A stretch of DNA of 64,000 nt from the NCBI GenBank assembly GCA_035604955.1, contig DATNHM010000064.1, forward strand, positions 42,362-106,361. The letters run 5' to 3'. Numbering within the stretch: position 1 is the first letter of the stretch; every line of letters begins with the position of its first letter. Source of the DNA: Candidatus Limnocylindrales bacterium (lineage in GTDB: Bacteria > Verrucomicrobiota > Verrucomicrobiia > Limisphaerales > UBA11358). Of this stretch, positions 19,215 through 26,428 are shown piece by piece. The notes beneath the pieces were generated by a model. It made no database searches. It saw only the letters and a program-made list of their open reading frames with translations, and was not told the origin of the DNA. The position numbers and the translations under genes are program-made.

Positions 19215-19889
19215 TCACGCCAGCCTGCGGCGGAACAACATGAGCGCCGCCAAACCCAAACCGCCCAAAGCCAGCGTAGTTGGCTCAGGAATTGAAAAGA
19301 ATGCGAATGGTTGCATAGTGGTCATAAAACCGGGAGGCTGAATTCCCGTGGCAAGCTCTGGTATTGTAAATGGAGCCGATTGCCCCCTCCACATCCCGGC
19401 ACCCTCGGACGCCGCATAGCTCGATCCATTGTAGGCCTCCACTATGAACGTGATCGGGCCTGACGTATAACTTGGAATTTCTACAGCGCCTCCAAAGAAA
19501 TATCCTGGAGCGATTCCCGACGAATACACGCTGCCCGCGCTGGGCAGCGGACCGTCAACCGTGCTGCTGAAGAAGCCGAATGGAACCGGGTACCCACCGA
19601 AGCCTGCGGTACTTGCACCGGAATTGGCTTGCGTAAGCAATGTATAGGAAAAGCCATTCAGTGAATACAGAAGGTCGGCGGTGAATTCGGAACCGACGCC
19701 AAAACCAGCTACAGTAGTCGTCCCACCATTTACCGCTTGTCCCGATGACCCGAACGTGACCGGGGCATAGAAGCGCTCAGCGCCGCTGGCGTAATTTTGG
19801 AAATAAATAGACCCTCCGGCATTCGATGTCGCCACCATGGCCAACAGGCCTGCCAATCCAAGTATTGATGCCAAGATTGCTCTTTTCAT
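19215..19889 (-). CDS. PEP-CTERM sorting-domain secreted protein (Gly/Tyr/Ser-rich), paralog of 24367..25038
   Basis: Signal peptide MKRAILASILGLAGLLAMVATSNA; C-terminus IPEPTTLALGGLGLAALMLFRRRLA. Shares YFQNY, FIVEAYNGS and WRGQSAPF with 24367..25038. Confidence 0.8.
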   Translation of the reverse strand: MKRAILASILGLAGLLAMVATSNAGGSIYFQNYASGAERFYAPVTFGSSGQAVNGGTTTVAGFGVGSEFTADLLYSLNGFSYTLLTQANSGASTAGFGGYPVPFGFFSSTVDGPLPSAGSVYSSGIAPGYFFGGAVEIPSYTSGPITFIVEAYNGSSYAASEGAGMWRGQSAPFTIPELATGIQPPGFMTTMQPFAFFSIPEPTTLALGGLGLAALMLFRRRLA

Positions 19890-20129
19890 ATTGATCCCCT
19901 TCCGTTTTGGTTGATTGGCGATGGGTAAAGACGGATCTTTTCTGAACACAATCATCCTATCTCATTTACTGTGATAATTCAATCACAAACCATAATTTAT
20001 CGAAAAGGCATGGAGGACTGGGCCGGCCGTCGTACCTGCCAGACGGACTTTGTAACCCGATACTCCGCCTGTGTTCGGCGTCAGTGTTGAAAGCACGGAA
20101 AATTGGAGCGCATCCTGACACCGTTCTGG

Positions 20130-20257
20130 GTAGGGACGGCGCGTTGCGCCGTCCGCGCCGCGTCCAGCGGCGCGAGGTCGTGGAAACCCTGGATTCCCAA
20201 GTATTCCTTTCCGCCCGCTACTTCGCGGGCGGGGCCGCCGCAGCGCAGCGGCCCTAC
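20130..20257. repeat. GTAGGG...CCCTAC bounded multi-hairpin REP-like element
   Basis: gtagggacggcgcgttgcgccgtcc ... ggggccgccgcagcgcagcggccctac. Confidence 0.65.
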
Positions 20258-20286
20258 CGGCTAAGGACAGTGTCAAGATGCACGCG

Positions 20287-20372
20287 AAAATTGCGATATG
20301 CGATTTACCATTTACGAAGCTTGTTTGATAATGAGGGCGCGCGTAAATCGCAGATCGTAAATCGAAAATAAC
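20287..20372. repeat. heptamer hairpin module (TTTACGA)n / (TCGTAAA)n abutting a start codon
   Basis: aaaattgcgatatgcgatttaccatttacgaag ... cgtaaatcgcagatcgtaaatcgaaaataac, then caac-ATG (20376). Confidence 0.7.
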
Positions 20373-20375
20373 AAC

Positions 20376-21920
20376 ATGAATCAACCGCAACAGGTTGCTC
20401 AAGGTGCCGTGGCCAGAATGGTCCAAATGGCGGACGCAGCCTGGGAACAGCGCCATTTCCAGCCATGTTTTGAGTTGATGGAGCAGGCCAGCCGTTTGGA
20501 CCCGGCCAATTTTGGGATCCTGCTAAACCTGGGCCAGCGTTATGGGTTGCGCTATGACTACGCCGCGGCTGAACGCTGCTTTGAACAAGCCGTGCGCGTG
20601 GCCAAAGATAAGACCCACGTGCTGACCGCAGCGGGCGAGTTGTCCGACTTTTTCGCCAACCCCAAACTGCCTGAGCAGTATTTTAAAAAGGCCATGGAGC
20701 AACAAGACGCGCCGGCCGGAACTTTCGCCAAAGCGGCGGAATTCTACGAACGTCTGCGGCGGATGGAAGAGGCCTCCACGTCGTTGGACCGCGCATTGCA
20801 ATTGGACCCCAAGTGCGGCCTGGCCTGGCTGGCTCGCGCCCGGCTGCTTCGCCACGCGGGAAACCTGGAGGAAGCCGAAATGGTCCTTCGTCCCATTCTA
20901 ACCACCGCGGAGCGGGAAGTGCGGATTCGCGGCTACTATGAACTGGGCGCCATTCTGGATCGGCAAGGACGTTACGATGAGGCCATGGCGGCCTTTCTGG
21001 AGGCCAAGAAGATATTGCTGGAGAATGCCCGGCCCATGATTGCCAATTTGCTGGCGGGCCGCGCCGTCATCAGACCACGGCGAGCCGACATCAAGGCCGA
21101 GGCCATGCAGGGCTGGTTTGACGCCAGAGCCGAACTCCAGCCATTCCACCGGTTGGCCCTTCTCGCGGGCCATGCGCGCTCGGGGACAACGCTGCTCGAA
21201 CAAGTCCTGGATTCGCACCCGGACATCATCTCAGCGGAGGAAACAGAGATTTTTATGGATGACGCGTTCCTGCCTCTCCGGGCCGGTCTTCCGCCAAATA
21301 TCACCATGTTCGGCGTTCTGAAACTGGCGCAGACCTCCGCCTTGAGACAATCCCGCGAACGCTATTTCCGCACGATGGAGCTGCACTTGAACCAACCCAT
21401 CGGCAACAGGCTGCTGCTTGACAAGAATCCCACGGTCACCTATCGCGTTGCGGCTTTTGCCCGGATTTTCCCGGAAGCAAAGATTCTACTCATGTTGCGG
21501 GATCCGCGGGACGTGGTGATGAGTTGCTTCATGCAACCCTACCTGCACATTGAGGTAACCGGCCTGTCTTATCTCACCCTCGATCTTACCGTTGACGATT
21601 ACACCTTCGTGATGGAGGCGTGGAAAGCCCACGGCCCTTTACTCAAAAACCCGTGCCTGGAAGTGCGCTACGAAGACACCGTGGCCGATTTGGAATCAGT
21701 CTCCCGGCGCGTGCTGGACTTTCTGGGCGTGTCCTGGGACGCCTCGGTGCTGAAATTTGACGAGCACGCGCGAACCAGGAAGGTGAAGTCGCCCACCTAC
21801 GCCGATGTGACCCAGCCGGTCTATAAGCGCGCCCAGGGCCGCTGGCGGAATTATGAGAAATATCTGAAGCCGTATCTGCCCAAATTGGAGCCGTTCGTGA
21901 AGGCGTTTGGGTATCAATAG
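20376..21920 (+). CDS. TPR-repeat sulfotransferase, paralog 4
   Basis: 514 aa; AGHARSGTTLLEQVLDSHPD (P to A in the PSB loop) and LRDPRDVVMSCF. Confidence 0.85.
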   Translation: MNQPQQVAQGAVARMVQMADAAWEQRHFQPCFELMEQASRLDPANFGILLNLGQRYGLRYDYAAAERCFEQAVRVAKDKTHVLTAAGELSDFFANPKLPEQYFKKAMEQQDAPAGTFAKAAEFYERLRRMEEASTSLDRALQLDPKCGLAWLARARLLRHAGNLEEAEMVLRPILTTAEREVRIRGYYELGAILDRQGRYDEAMAAFLEAKKILLENARPMIANLLAGRAVIRPRRADIKAEAMQGWFDARAELQPFHRLALLAGHARSGTTLLEQVLDSHPDIISAEETEIFMDDAFLPLRAGLPPNITMFGVLKLAQTSALRQSRERYFRTMELHLNQPIGNRLLLDKNPTVTYRVAAFARIFPEAKILLMLRDPRDVVMSCFMQPYLHIEVTGLSYLTLDLTVDDYTFVMEAWKAHGPLLKNPCLEVRYEDTVADLESVSRRVLDFLGVSWDASVLKFDEHARTRKVKSPTYADVTQPVYKRAQGRWRNYEKYLKPYLPKLEPFVKAFGYQ

Positions 21921-22030
21921 TTGGTTGAATGTTGAGGGTTGAGAGTTGAGGGTGACGGCTCGTCAGTAGCCTCGCCCCACCAATGGCCACAGCAGCATCA
22001 TTCCGGTGTGGCGAGCGTACTCGCGAGCCG
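21921..22030. repeat. (TTGAGGG/TTGAGAG) array plus a tail-to-tail REP-B pair
   Basis: ttggttgaatgttgagggttgagagttgagggtgacgg; CGGCTCGTCAGTAGCCTCGCCCCACC (21957..21982) ... GTGTGGCGAGCGTACTCGCGAGCCG (22007..22030). Confidence 0.7.
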
Positions 22031-22078
22031 CATCTGCACCGGCTGGAACCATTTGTGAAGGCGTTTGGATACGGGTAA
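22027..22078 (+). pseudogene. orphan 3'-end fragment of a fifth TPR-sulfotransferase paralog
   Basis: gagccgcatctgcaccggctggaaccatttgtgaaggcgtttggatacgggtaa reads EPHLHRLEPFVKAFGYG*. This matches the last ~16 codons of paralogs 1-4 (..LEPFVKAFGYE*). Confidence 0.6.
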
Positions 22079-22082
22079 GGCA

Positions 22083-22195
22083 GTCGAGGGTCGAGGGACG
22101 AGAGTCAGAGAATTTACGATATACGATTGACGATTTACGACACCTTTCGACCAAATGGCACCGCGCGTAAATCGTATATCGTCAATCGCAAATAG
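22083..22195. repeat. (GTCGAGG) array plus heptamer hairpin module, left flank of the HigBA-like cassette
   Basis: gtcgagggtcgagggacgagagtcagag; aatttacgatatacgattgacgatttacga - 25 nt - cgtaaatcgtatatcgtcaatcgcaaatag. Confidence 0.75.
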
Positions 22196-22486
22196 TTATG
22201 CCGGCACCAATTCAATCTTCACCTTGCGTCCCAAAGCACGGGCGGCTTTGCCCAGCGTGTTCAGTGTAACCGAGGAGTTCGACGCGTCCAGCAACCGGTC
22301 CACCGCTGCGCGGCTCGTTTTCATGCGCGCGGCCATTTGCGTCTTGGTCAATTCCCTCTCTTTCAAGAGGCGATCCAATTGGAGACTCAACGCCTGTTTC
22401 AGCGCGCGTGCCTCGACTTCGCCCAGGATGCCTTGTTCTTTCAGGAAATCCCGGAAGTCACTGCCACGATGATTTCTTTTGCTCAT
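22196..22486 (-). CDS. higA: XRE-family HTH antitoxin (HigA-like)
   Basis: 96 aa; LTKTQMAARMKTSRAAVDRLL HTH. 4-nt overlap downstream of the toxin gene (toxin-first order as in higBA). Confidence 0.7.
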   Translation of the reverse strand: MSKRNHRGSDFRDFLKEQGILGEVEARALKQALSLQLDRLLKERELTKTQMAARMKTSRAAVDRLLDASNSSVTLNTLGKAARALGRKVKIELVPA

Positions 22487-22779
22487 AGGTTTTGCAGATA
22501 TTGTCTTTTACGTTTCCTGGCCAAATCCAGTTCATCTGGCGGCGTCTTTTGTTGTTTCTTGATGAAACCGTGCCGCAGGACAATTTCCTGATCCACCACC
22601 GCAAATAACGTTCGCGCGATGCGTTTATCCAACCGTGAACGGACTTCCCAAACGCCGTCACCCAAATTGGCAACCAGCGGCTTCCCGACCGGCCACGCAT
22701 ATTGCACCGTCAGAATGTCCGTGCCGATGGCCTGGCAGTCCTCTTTAGACAATGCTTTCAGATTCCCGCACAGGCTCAT
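22483..22779 (-). CDS. higB: RelE/ParE-superfamily toxin (HigB/Gp49-like)
   Basis: 98 aa; GDGVWEVRSRLDKRIARTLFAVVDQEIVLRHGFIKKQQKTP is typical of the Gp49/HigB family. Confidence 0.7.
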   Translation of the reverse strand: MSLCGNLKALSKEDCQAIGTDILTVQYAWPVGKPLVANLGDGVWEVRSRLDKRIARTLFAVVDQEIVLRHGFIKKQQKTPPDELDLARKRKRQYLQNL

Positions 22780-22913
22780 TGCCCGTCTCCGTCTTGAAAA
22801 AGACGACCTTGAGCGGGCGTTCAGCCTTCATCGGTAAAACACTGTATCAGAATTGATACATGTGTCAACCGGGAAGATATTCCGGAGGAAATGAGGTCAC
22901 GAGGTTCTGACGG

Positions 22914-22999
22914 GATTTACGATATACGATATACGATTTATGAGGCCCTTTCGATAAGGTAACGCAGCGCGTAAATCGTATATCGTCAATCGAAAATGA
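22914..22999. repeat. heptamer hairpin module, right flank of the HigBA-like cassette
   Basis: gatttacgatatacgatatacgatttatga - 26 nt - cgtaaatcgtatatcgtcaatcgaaaatga; a near-copy of 22111..22195. Confidence 0.75.
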
Positions 23000-23141
23000 T
23001 GGGACTCCTGGCGTCGTCCCCCACTATTTGGCAGTAGGCGCCGAGGTAACGAGGCGAGGACTCCTCACGTCGTCCCCTACTATCTTCAGTAGGCGCCGAG
23101 GTCACGAGGCCCTGGACTCCTTACGTCGTCCCCTACTTTCT

Positions 23142-24074
23142 TTACCGGGTTTTCCGCGAACTGCGGAACGGCAACTTTCGGTCGCCGGCCTCAGGCTGAC
23201 GTTGCCGCTGGTATAACTTCCAAAACTTCGGCCAGAAATCCTCCTGCCACGGATGCAACGTGGGATAGCCGGGAACAATGGCGCCACCATAGGGCCAATC
23301 AGTAGGAGCCGAGGTCACAAGGCTGGACTCCCCACGTCGTCCCCTACCATCTTCCGTAGGAGCCGAGGTCACGAGGCTGGACTCCTTACGTCGTCCCCTA
23401 CCATCTTCTGTAGGAGCCGAGGTCACGAGGCTGGACTCCCCACGTCGTCCCCTGCCATCTTCCGTAGGAGCCGAGGTCACGAGGCTGGACTCCTTACGTC
23501 GTCCCCTACTATCCCCTGCGGCGATCAATCCAGCCCGAACGGGATTGGCCAGGATGTAAAAACAGATCCTCGCAAAGGCATCGTGCTTCCTTTCCTCATC
23601 ACTCAAGACGTGGTCGTGCGCCTGCGGCTGAAATTTGTGCGGCGCCAAGCGCGGTTCCAGGTGCGTCCGTAAAAATGACATGGCGTTTCGCTGGTCCGTG
23701 TCGCACCGCAGTCCCAGCCACAGCAGATGAATGTGGTCGGGCATCAGACAGTAAGCCGGGCACAGCAACCCTTCCCGCGCGGCGGCGTGGAGCAACAGCT
23801 CACGGAATCCGCAGTGAAAGGCGGCATTCAACCAGCCGGTGGCCCGGTCAAATACCGTCAGGGTCCAGTGAACCGCGGCGTCGCCCCGATAAAATTCCGG
23901 GTCCAGGCGGGGAAGATGACCCGGATGTTTAGTAGGGGACGACGTAAGGAGTCCAGGCCTTGACGTGTCCAGTCTCTCCTCACGCCTCGTTACCTCGGCG
24001 CCTACTGGCCGCGGGGTACCAGTAGGGGACGACGTGAGGAGTCCGGGTCTGGGGATTTCCTGGTCCTCATTCAC
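23142..24074 (-). CDS. REP-associated tyrosine transposase (IS200/IS605-type Y1 HUH, RAYT-like), with REP-derived N-terminus and internal REP tract
   Basis: HUH motif in YCLMPDHIHLLW and catalytic-Tyr motif FYILANPVRAGL. About 48 N-terminal aa and 72 internal aa (4 x GRGRRKESSLVTSAPTED) are translations of REP-A; true start uncertain. Confidence 0.7.
   Translation of the reverse strand: MNEDQEIPRPGLLTSSPTGTPRPVGAEVTRREERLDTSRPGLLTSSPTKHPGHLPRLDPEFYRGDAAVHWTLTVFDRATGWLNAAFHCGFRELLLHAAAREGLLCPAYCLMPDHIHLLWLGLRCDTDQRNAMSFLRTHLEPRLAPHKFQPQAHDHVLSDEERKHDAFARICFYILANPVRAGLIAAGDSRGRRKESSLVTSAPTEDGRGRRGESSLVTSAPTEDGRGRRKESSLVTSAPTEDGRGRRGESSLVTSAPTDWPYGGAIVPGYPTLHPWQEDFWPKFWKLYQRQRQPEAGDRKLPFRSSRKTR
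23302..23509. repeat. four tandem REP-A units, 54-bp period, in frame within the RAYT CDS
   Basis: GTAGGAGCCGAGGTCACRAGGCTGGACTCCYYACGTCGTCCCCTRC + 8-bp linker; unit starts at 23302, 23356, 23410, 23464. Confidence 0.9.
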
Positions 24075-24300
24075 GAGGCCGATATAGCAGAGACTCGTTA
24101 CCTCGTCTCCTACTATTTTCAGTGGGAGCCGAGGTGACGAGGCTGGGACTCCTCACGTCGTCCCCTACTATTTTGGGAGGCAGTAGGCGCCGAGGTAACG
24201 AGACGGGGCAAGGGACTCCTTACGTCGTCCCCTACTATTTTCGGTAGGAGCCGAGGTAACGAGGCTCGGACTCCTTACGTCGTCCCCTACTGAGATAACG

Positions 24301-24337
24301 AAAAATAAAAAAACCCGCTCTCCCGAAGGAGAGCGGG
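24301..24337 (-). terminator. Rho-independent terminator of the PEP-CTERM gene
   Basis: CCCGCTCTCC-cgaa-GGAGAGCGGG (24314..24337) followed on the minus strand by TTTTTTTATTTTT. Confidence 0.75.
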
Positions 24338-24366
24338 GATGAAAAAAACAATCGCTTGTGGCGTGC

Positions 24367-25038
24367 TTAGACTTGCTTGCGGCGGAACGCCATCAGCGCG
24401 GCCAAGCCCAAACCAGCCAACGCAATCGTTGTCGGTTCAGGAACGCTGGTGACTGTAAATCCCCCCATACCGACCAAATATCCCGTCGGGGTCGTTCCCG
24501 TGGCAATCGAAGCCAACACGAATGGAGCCGATTGGCCTCTCCACAGACCGGCACCGGTCGAGCTGGCAAAGTCTGAGCCATTATAGGCTTCAACGATGAA
24601 TGCGATCGTGCCTGAGCTATATGCCGGAATCTTGATCCCAGCGCCAAGGAAATATCCCGCGTTGCCACCGGCCGGTGGTGCTGTAATTGCAGCATCCAAC
24701 CCGCTGCCATAAGCGAACGCTGCCGGGTAACCGAAAGCGCCCTGTGCAGTTGCGCCAGAATTGACAAATGTAAGCGCCGTATAGGTTCCGGTGTTACCAA
24801 CTGAGTACAGAAGGGCGGCAGTGAATTCCTTACCGACGCCGTGACCGGCTACGGAGGGACCAACGCCACCGGTTACAGGATTTGCCGATGACGCGAACGT
24901 GACCGGAGCGTTTATTTGAATGGAATTAAGAGCACTGGTGTAGTTCTGGAAATAAACGTTCCCTTGAGCATGGGATGTTGCCACCATGGCCACAGAGCCC
25001 GCGATTCCGAGTACTGATGCTACGATTGTTCTTTTCAT
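24367..25038 (-). CDS. PEP-CTERM sorting-domain secreted protein, paralog of 19215..19889
   Basis: Signal peptide MKRTIVASVLGIAGSVAMVATSHA; C-terminus VPEPTTIALAGLGLAALMAFRRKQV. Confidence 0.8.
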   Translation of the reverse strand: MKRTIVASVLGIAGSVAMVATSHAQGNVYFQNYTSALNSIQINAPVTFASSANPVTGGVGPSVAGHGVGKEFTAALLYSVGNTGTYTALTFVNSGATAQGAFGYPAAFAYGSGLDAAITAPPAGGNAGYFLGAGIKIPAYSSGTIAFIVEAYNGSDFASSTGAGLWRGQSAPFVLASIATGTTPTGYLVGMGGFTVTSVPEPTTIALAGLGLAALMAFRRKQV

Positions 25039-25092
25039 ATTATGTTATTGTTGTTCAGGTTGATTGTTATTTTCGGTAAATTTTTTGTTAGT

Positions 25093-25722
25093 TTATGGCA
25101 GTGACTGCACCCATGGATAGGTAGCACCGAGCGGCTGGACAAAGAAACCTTCGCCAGGCGTTACAGCCGGATTAGGCGAAAAGCTTGACGCAGTTTTGGT
25201 GCAACTTTGGTAACCTGAGCCTGTCCACACCAAAGCGTGACTTCCGGTTGGTATATGAAGATTCATATTGGTTCCACCCAACGTGTCCGAGAAGGGAACG
25301 GGTGAGCCTACCAAGGTGTAAGCACTGCCACCCGCCACGTTGTTGGTCACACTTCCGCTTGGAGGACAGATCACGTTGCCGACAAAAGTATTCGTTACAG
25401 GATTGGCTCCAAGAGGCTGGATGAAGAACCCTGCTCCCGGGGCAATCGTTGGATTCGGAGAAAAACTGCCTGCGGTCTTAGTACAACTTGTAAAACCTGA
25501 CCCAGTCCACACCAAGGCATGGGAGCCAGTTGGTTCTGTGACAAGGCTTGCCAAGGTGTTTGAACCGTTATCCAAGGGATTAGCCAGCAAGCTGTAAGCA
25601 CTACCACCGGGTGACACAACAGTGACATAACCAACGATGTTGGCTGAATAGACCTGTGCGTTTGAGGAGACAAGACCGGCAACGAGTGCAGCTGCAGCGG
25701 TCAATAGTATTTTAGTTCTCAT
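25093..25722 (-). CDS. secreted protein with an internal tandem duplication (no PEP-CTERM)
   Basis: Signal peptide MRTKILLTAAAALVAGLVSSNA; two ~70-aa repeats (TGSHALVWTGSGFTSCTKTAGSFSPNP.. / TGSHALVWTGSGYQSCTKTASSFSPNP..). Confidence 0.65.
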   Translation of the reverse strand: MRTKILLTAAAALVAGLVSSNAQVYSANIVGYVTVVSPGGSAYSLLANPLDNGSNTLASLVTEPTGSHALVWTGSGFTSCTKTAGSFSPNPTIAPGAGFFIQPLGANPVTNTFVGNVICPPSGSVTNNVAGGSAYTLVGSPVPFSDTLGGTNMNLHIPTGSHALVWTGSGYQSCTKTASSFSPNPAVTPGEGFFVQPLGATYPWVQSLP

Positions 25723-25820
25723 ATTCTGTTTCTGTTTTAGTTTTACCGTGTGTGTCACCAATATCTCAGAATGCAAGGGGGGTGTCAACGATTTTTTGAG
25801 ATTTTTTGAACGATTTTGAG

Positions 25821-26207
25821 GGTGACGGGTGACGGGTGACGTGTGACTAGAACTGATTGGCTATCAACGACTTGTGCTATAATCGTCTCACGCGTCAGAG
25901 GTCACATGTCACCGGGGAAAAGAGGAAAAAGCGCTTTGTAACCAGTTTGTAACCAGTTTTAAAGGAGTTGAGGGTTGAGAGTTGAGGGTTGAGAGAAAGG
26001 GAAAAAGTCCAGGAATGTCGCTAATGTGCGCTAATTATTAAGATTAATACAGGGTCATTGCCGCCAAAAGGCGCCCGTCTGCGTCAGCTCCCGTCTTCAC
26101 TGCGTTACGCCGCGGCGAGTCGAGGCGGCAAGGAGGGCGGTAGTCAGCAGTCAGTGGTCAGTAGTTGGTAGTCAGTAGTCAGTAGTTTTTAGCGGTTACC
26201 CGTCACA
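25821..26207. repeat. intergenic field of concatenated short-period arrays
   Basis: (GTGACGG)x3.5 25821..25847; tttgtaaccag x2; (TTGAGGG/TTGAGAG)x4 25967..25995; ctaat/attaag tract; (CAGYAGT)x6-TTTTT-agcggttacccgtcac 26140..26207. Confidence 0.85.
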
Positions 26208-26318
26208 TTTCAAAGGCGGAAGCGGAGGGCTGAATTGAACCATTTTTAACGCGAAGACGCCAGGACGCAACGAGGTGAAGGAATGCGGGGAAGATGAGAA
26301 TCGGCAGTATCCTGATTT

Positions 26319-26363
26319 GTAGGCGACGAGGTAACGAGTCGCACTCCTTACGTCGTGCCCTAC
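26319..26363. repeat. solitary REP-A copy
   Basis: gtaggcgacgaggtaacgagtcgcactccttacgtcgtgccctac. Confidence 0.75.
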
Positions 26364-26428
26364 CTTCAAATCAGGACATTACCTTAGATTCGCTTGACGG
26401 GCCGTATTCGTCGTGGTGTATTAATGTT

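Larger units (their letters stand above)
23001..24290. mobile_element. RAYT locus: Y1 HUH transposase gene flanked and invaded by REP-A palindromes
   Basis: REP-A copies at 23001..23136 (2.5 copies), 23302..23509 (4 tandem, inside the CDS) and 23932..24290 (2 inverted plus 3 direct) surround ORF 23142..24074. Confidence 0.75.

Noticed and set aside
23302-23509. Regularly spaced 46-bp repeats with a 54-bp period that could be taken for a CRISPR array.
   Set aside because: The linkers are only 8 bp and near-identical, so there are no unique spacers. The repeat is the REP-A palindrome found dispersed elsewhere, the tract lies inside an ORF, and no cas genes are present.
19215-25722. The possibility that the paralogous PEP-CTERM proteins and the internally duplicated secreted protein are diversity-generating retroelement (DGR) targets.
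   Set aside because: There is no reverse transcriptase and no template/variable repeat pair with adenine-specific differences. The divergence looks like ordinary paralog drift.
25872-25880. Extended -10-like TGCTATAAT as a promoter feature.
   Set aside because: It is kept only as a remark within a finding. No convincing -35 lies at proper spacing, promoter consensus for this lineage is uncertain, and there is no downstream gene within 500 bp.
21925-25995. The (TTGAGGG)n arrays as telomere-like sequences.
   Set aside because: They are internal, only about 4 units long, and are one of about a dozen or more unrelated heptamer units. There is no evidence of a linear replicon end.
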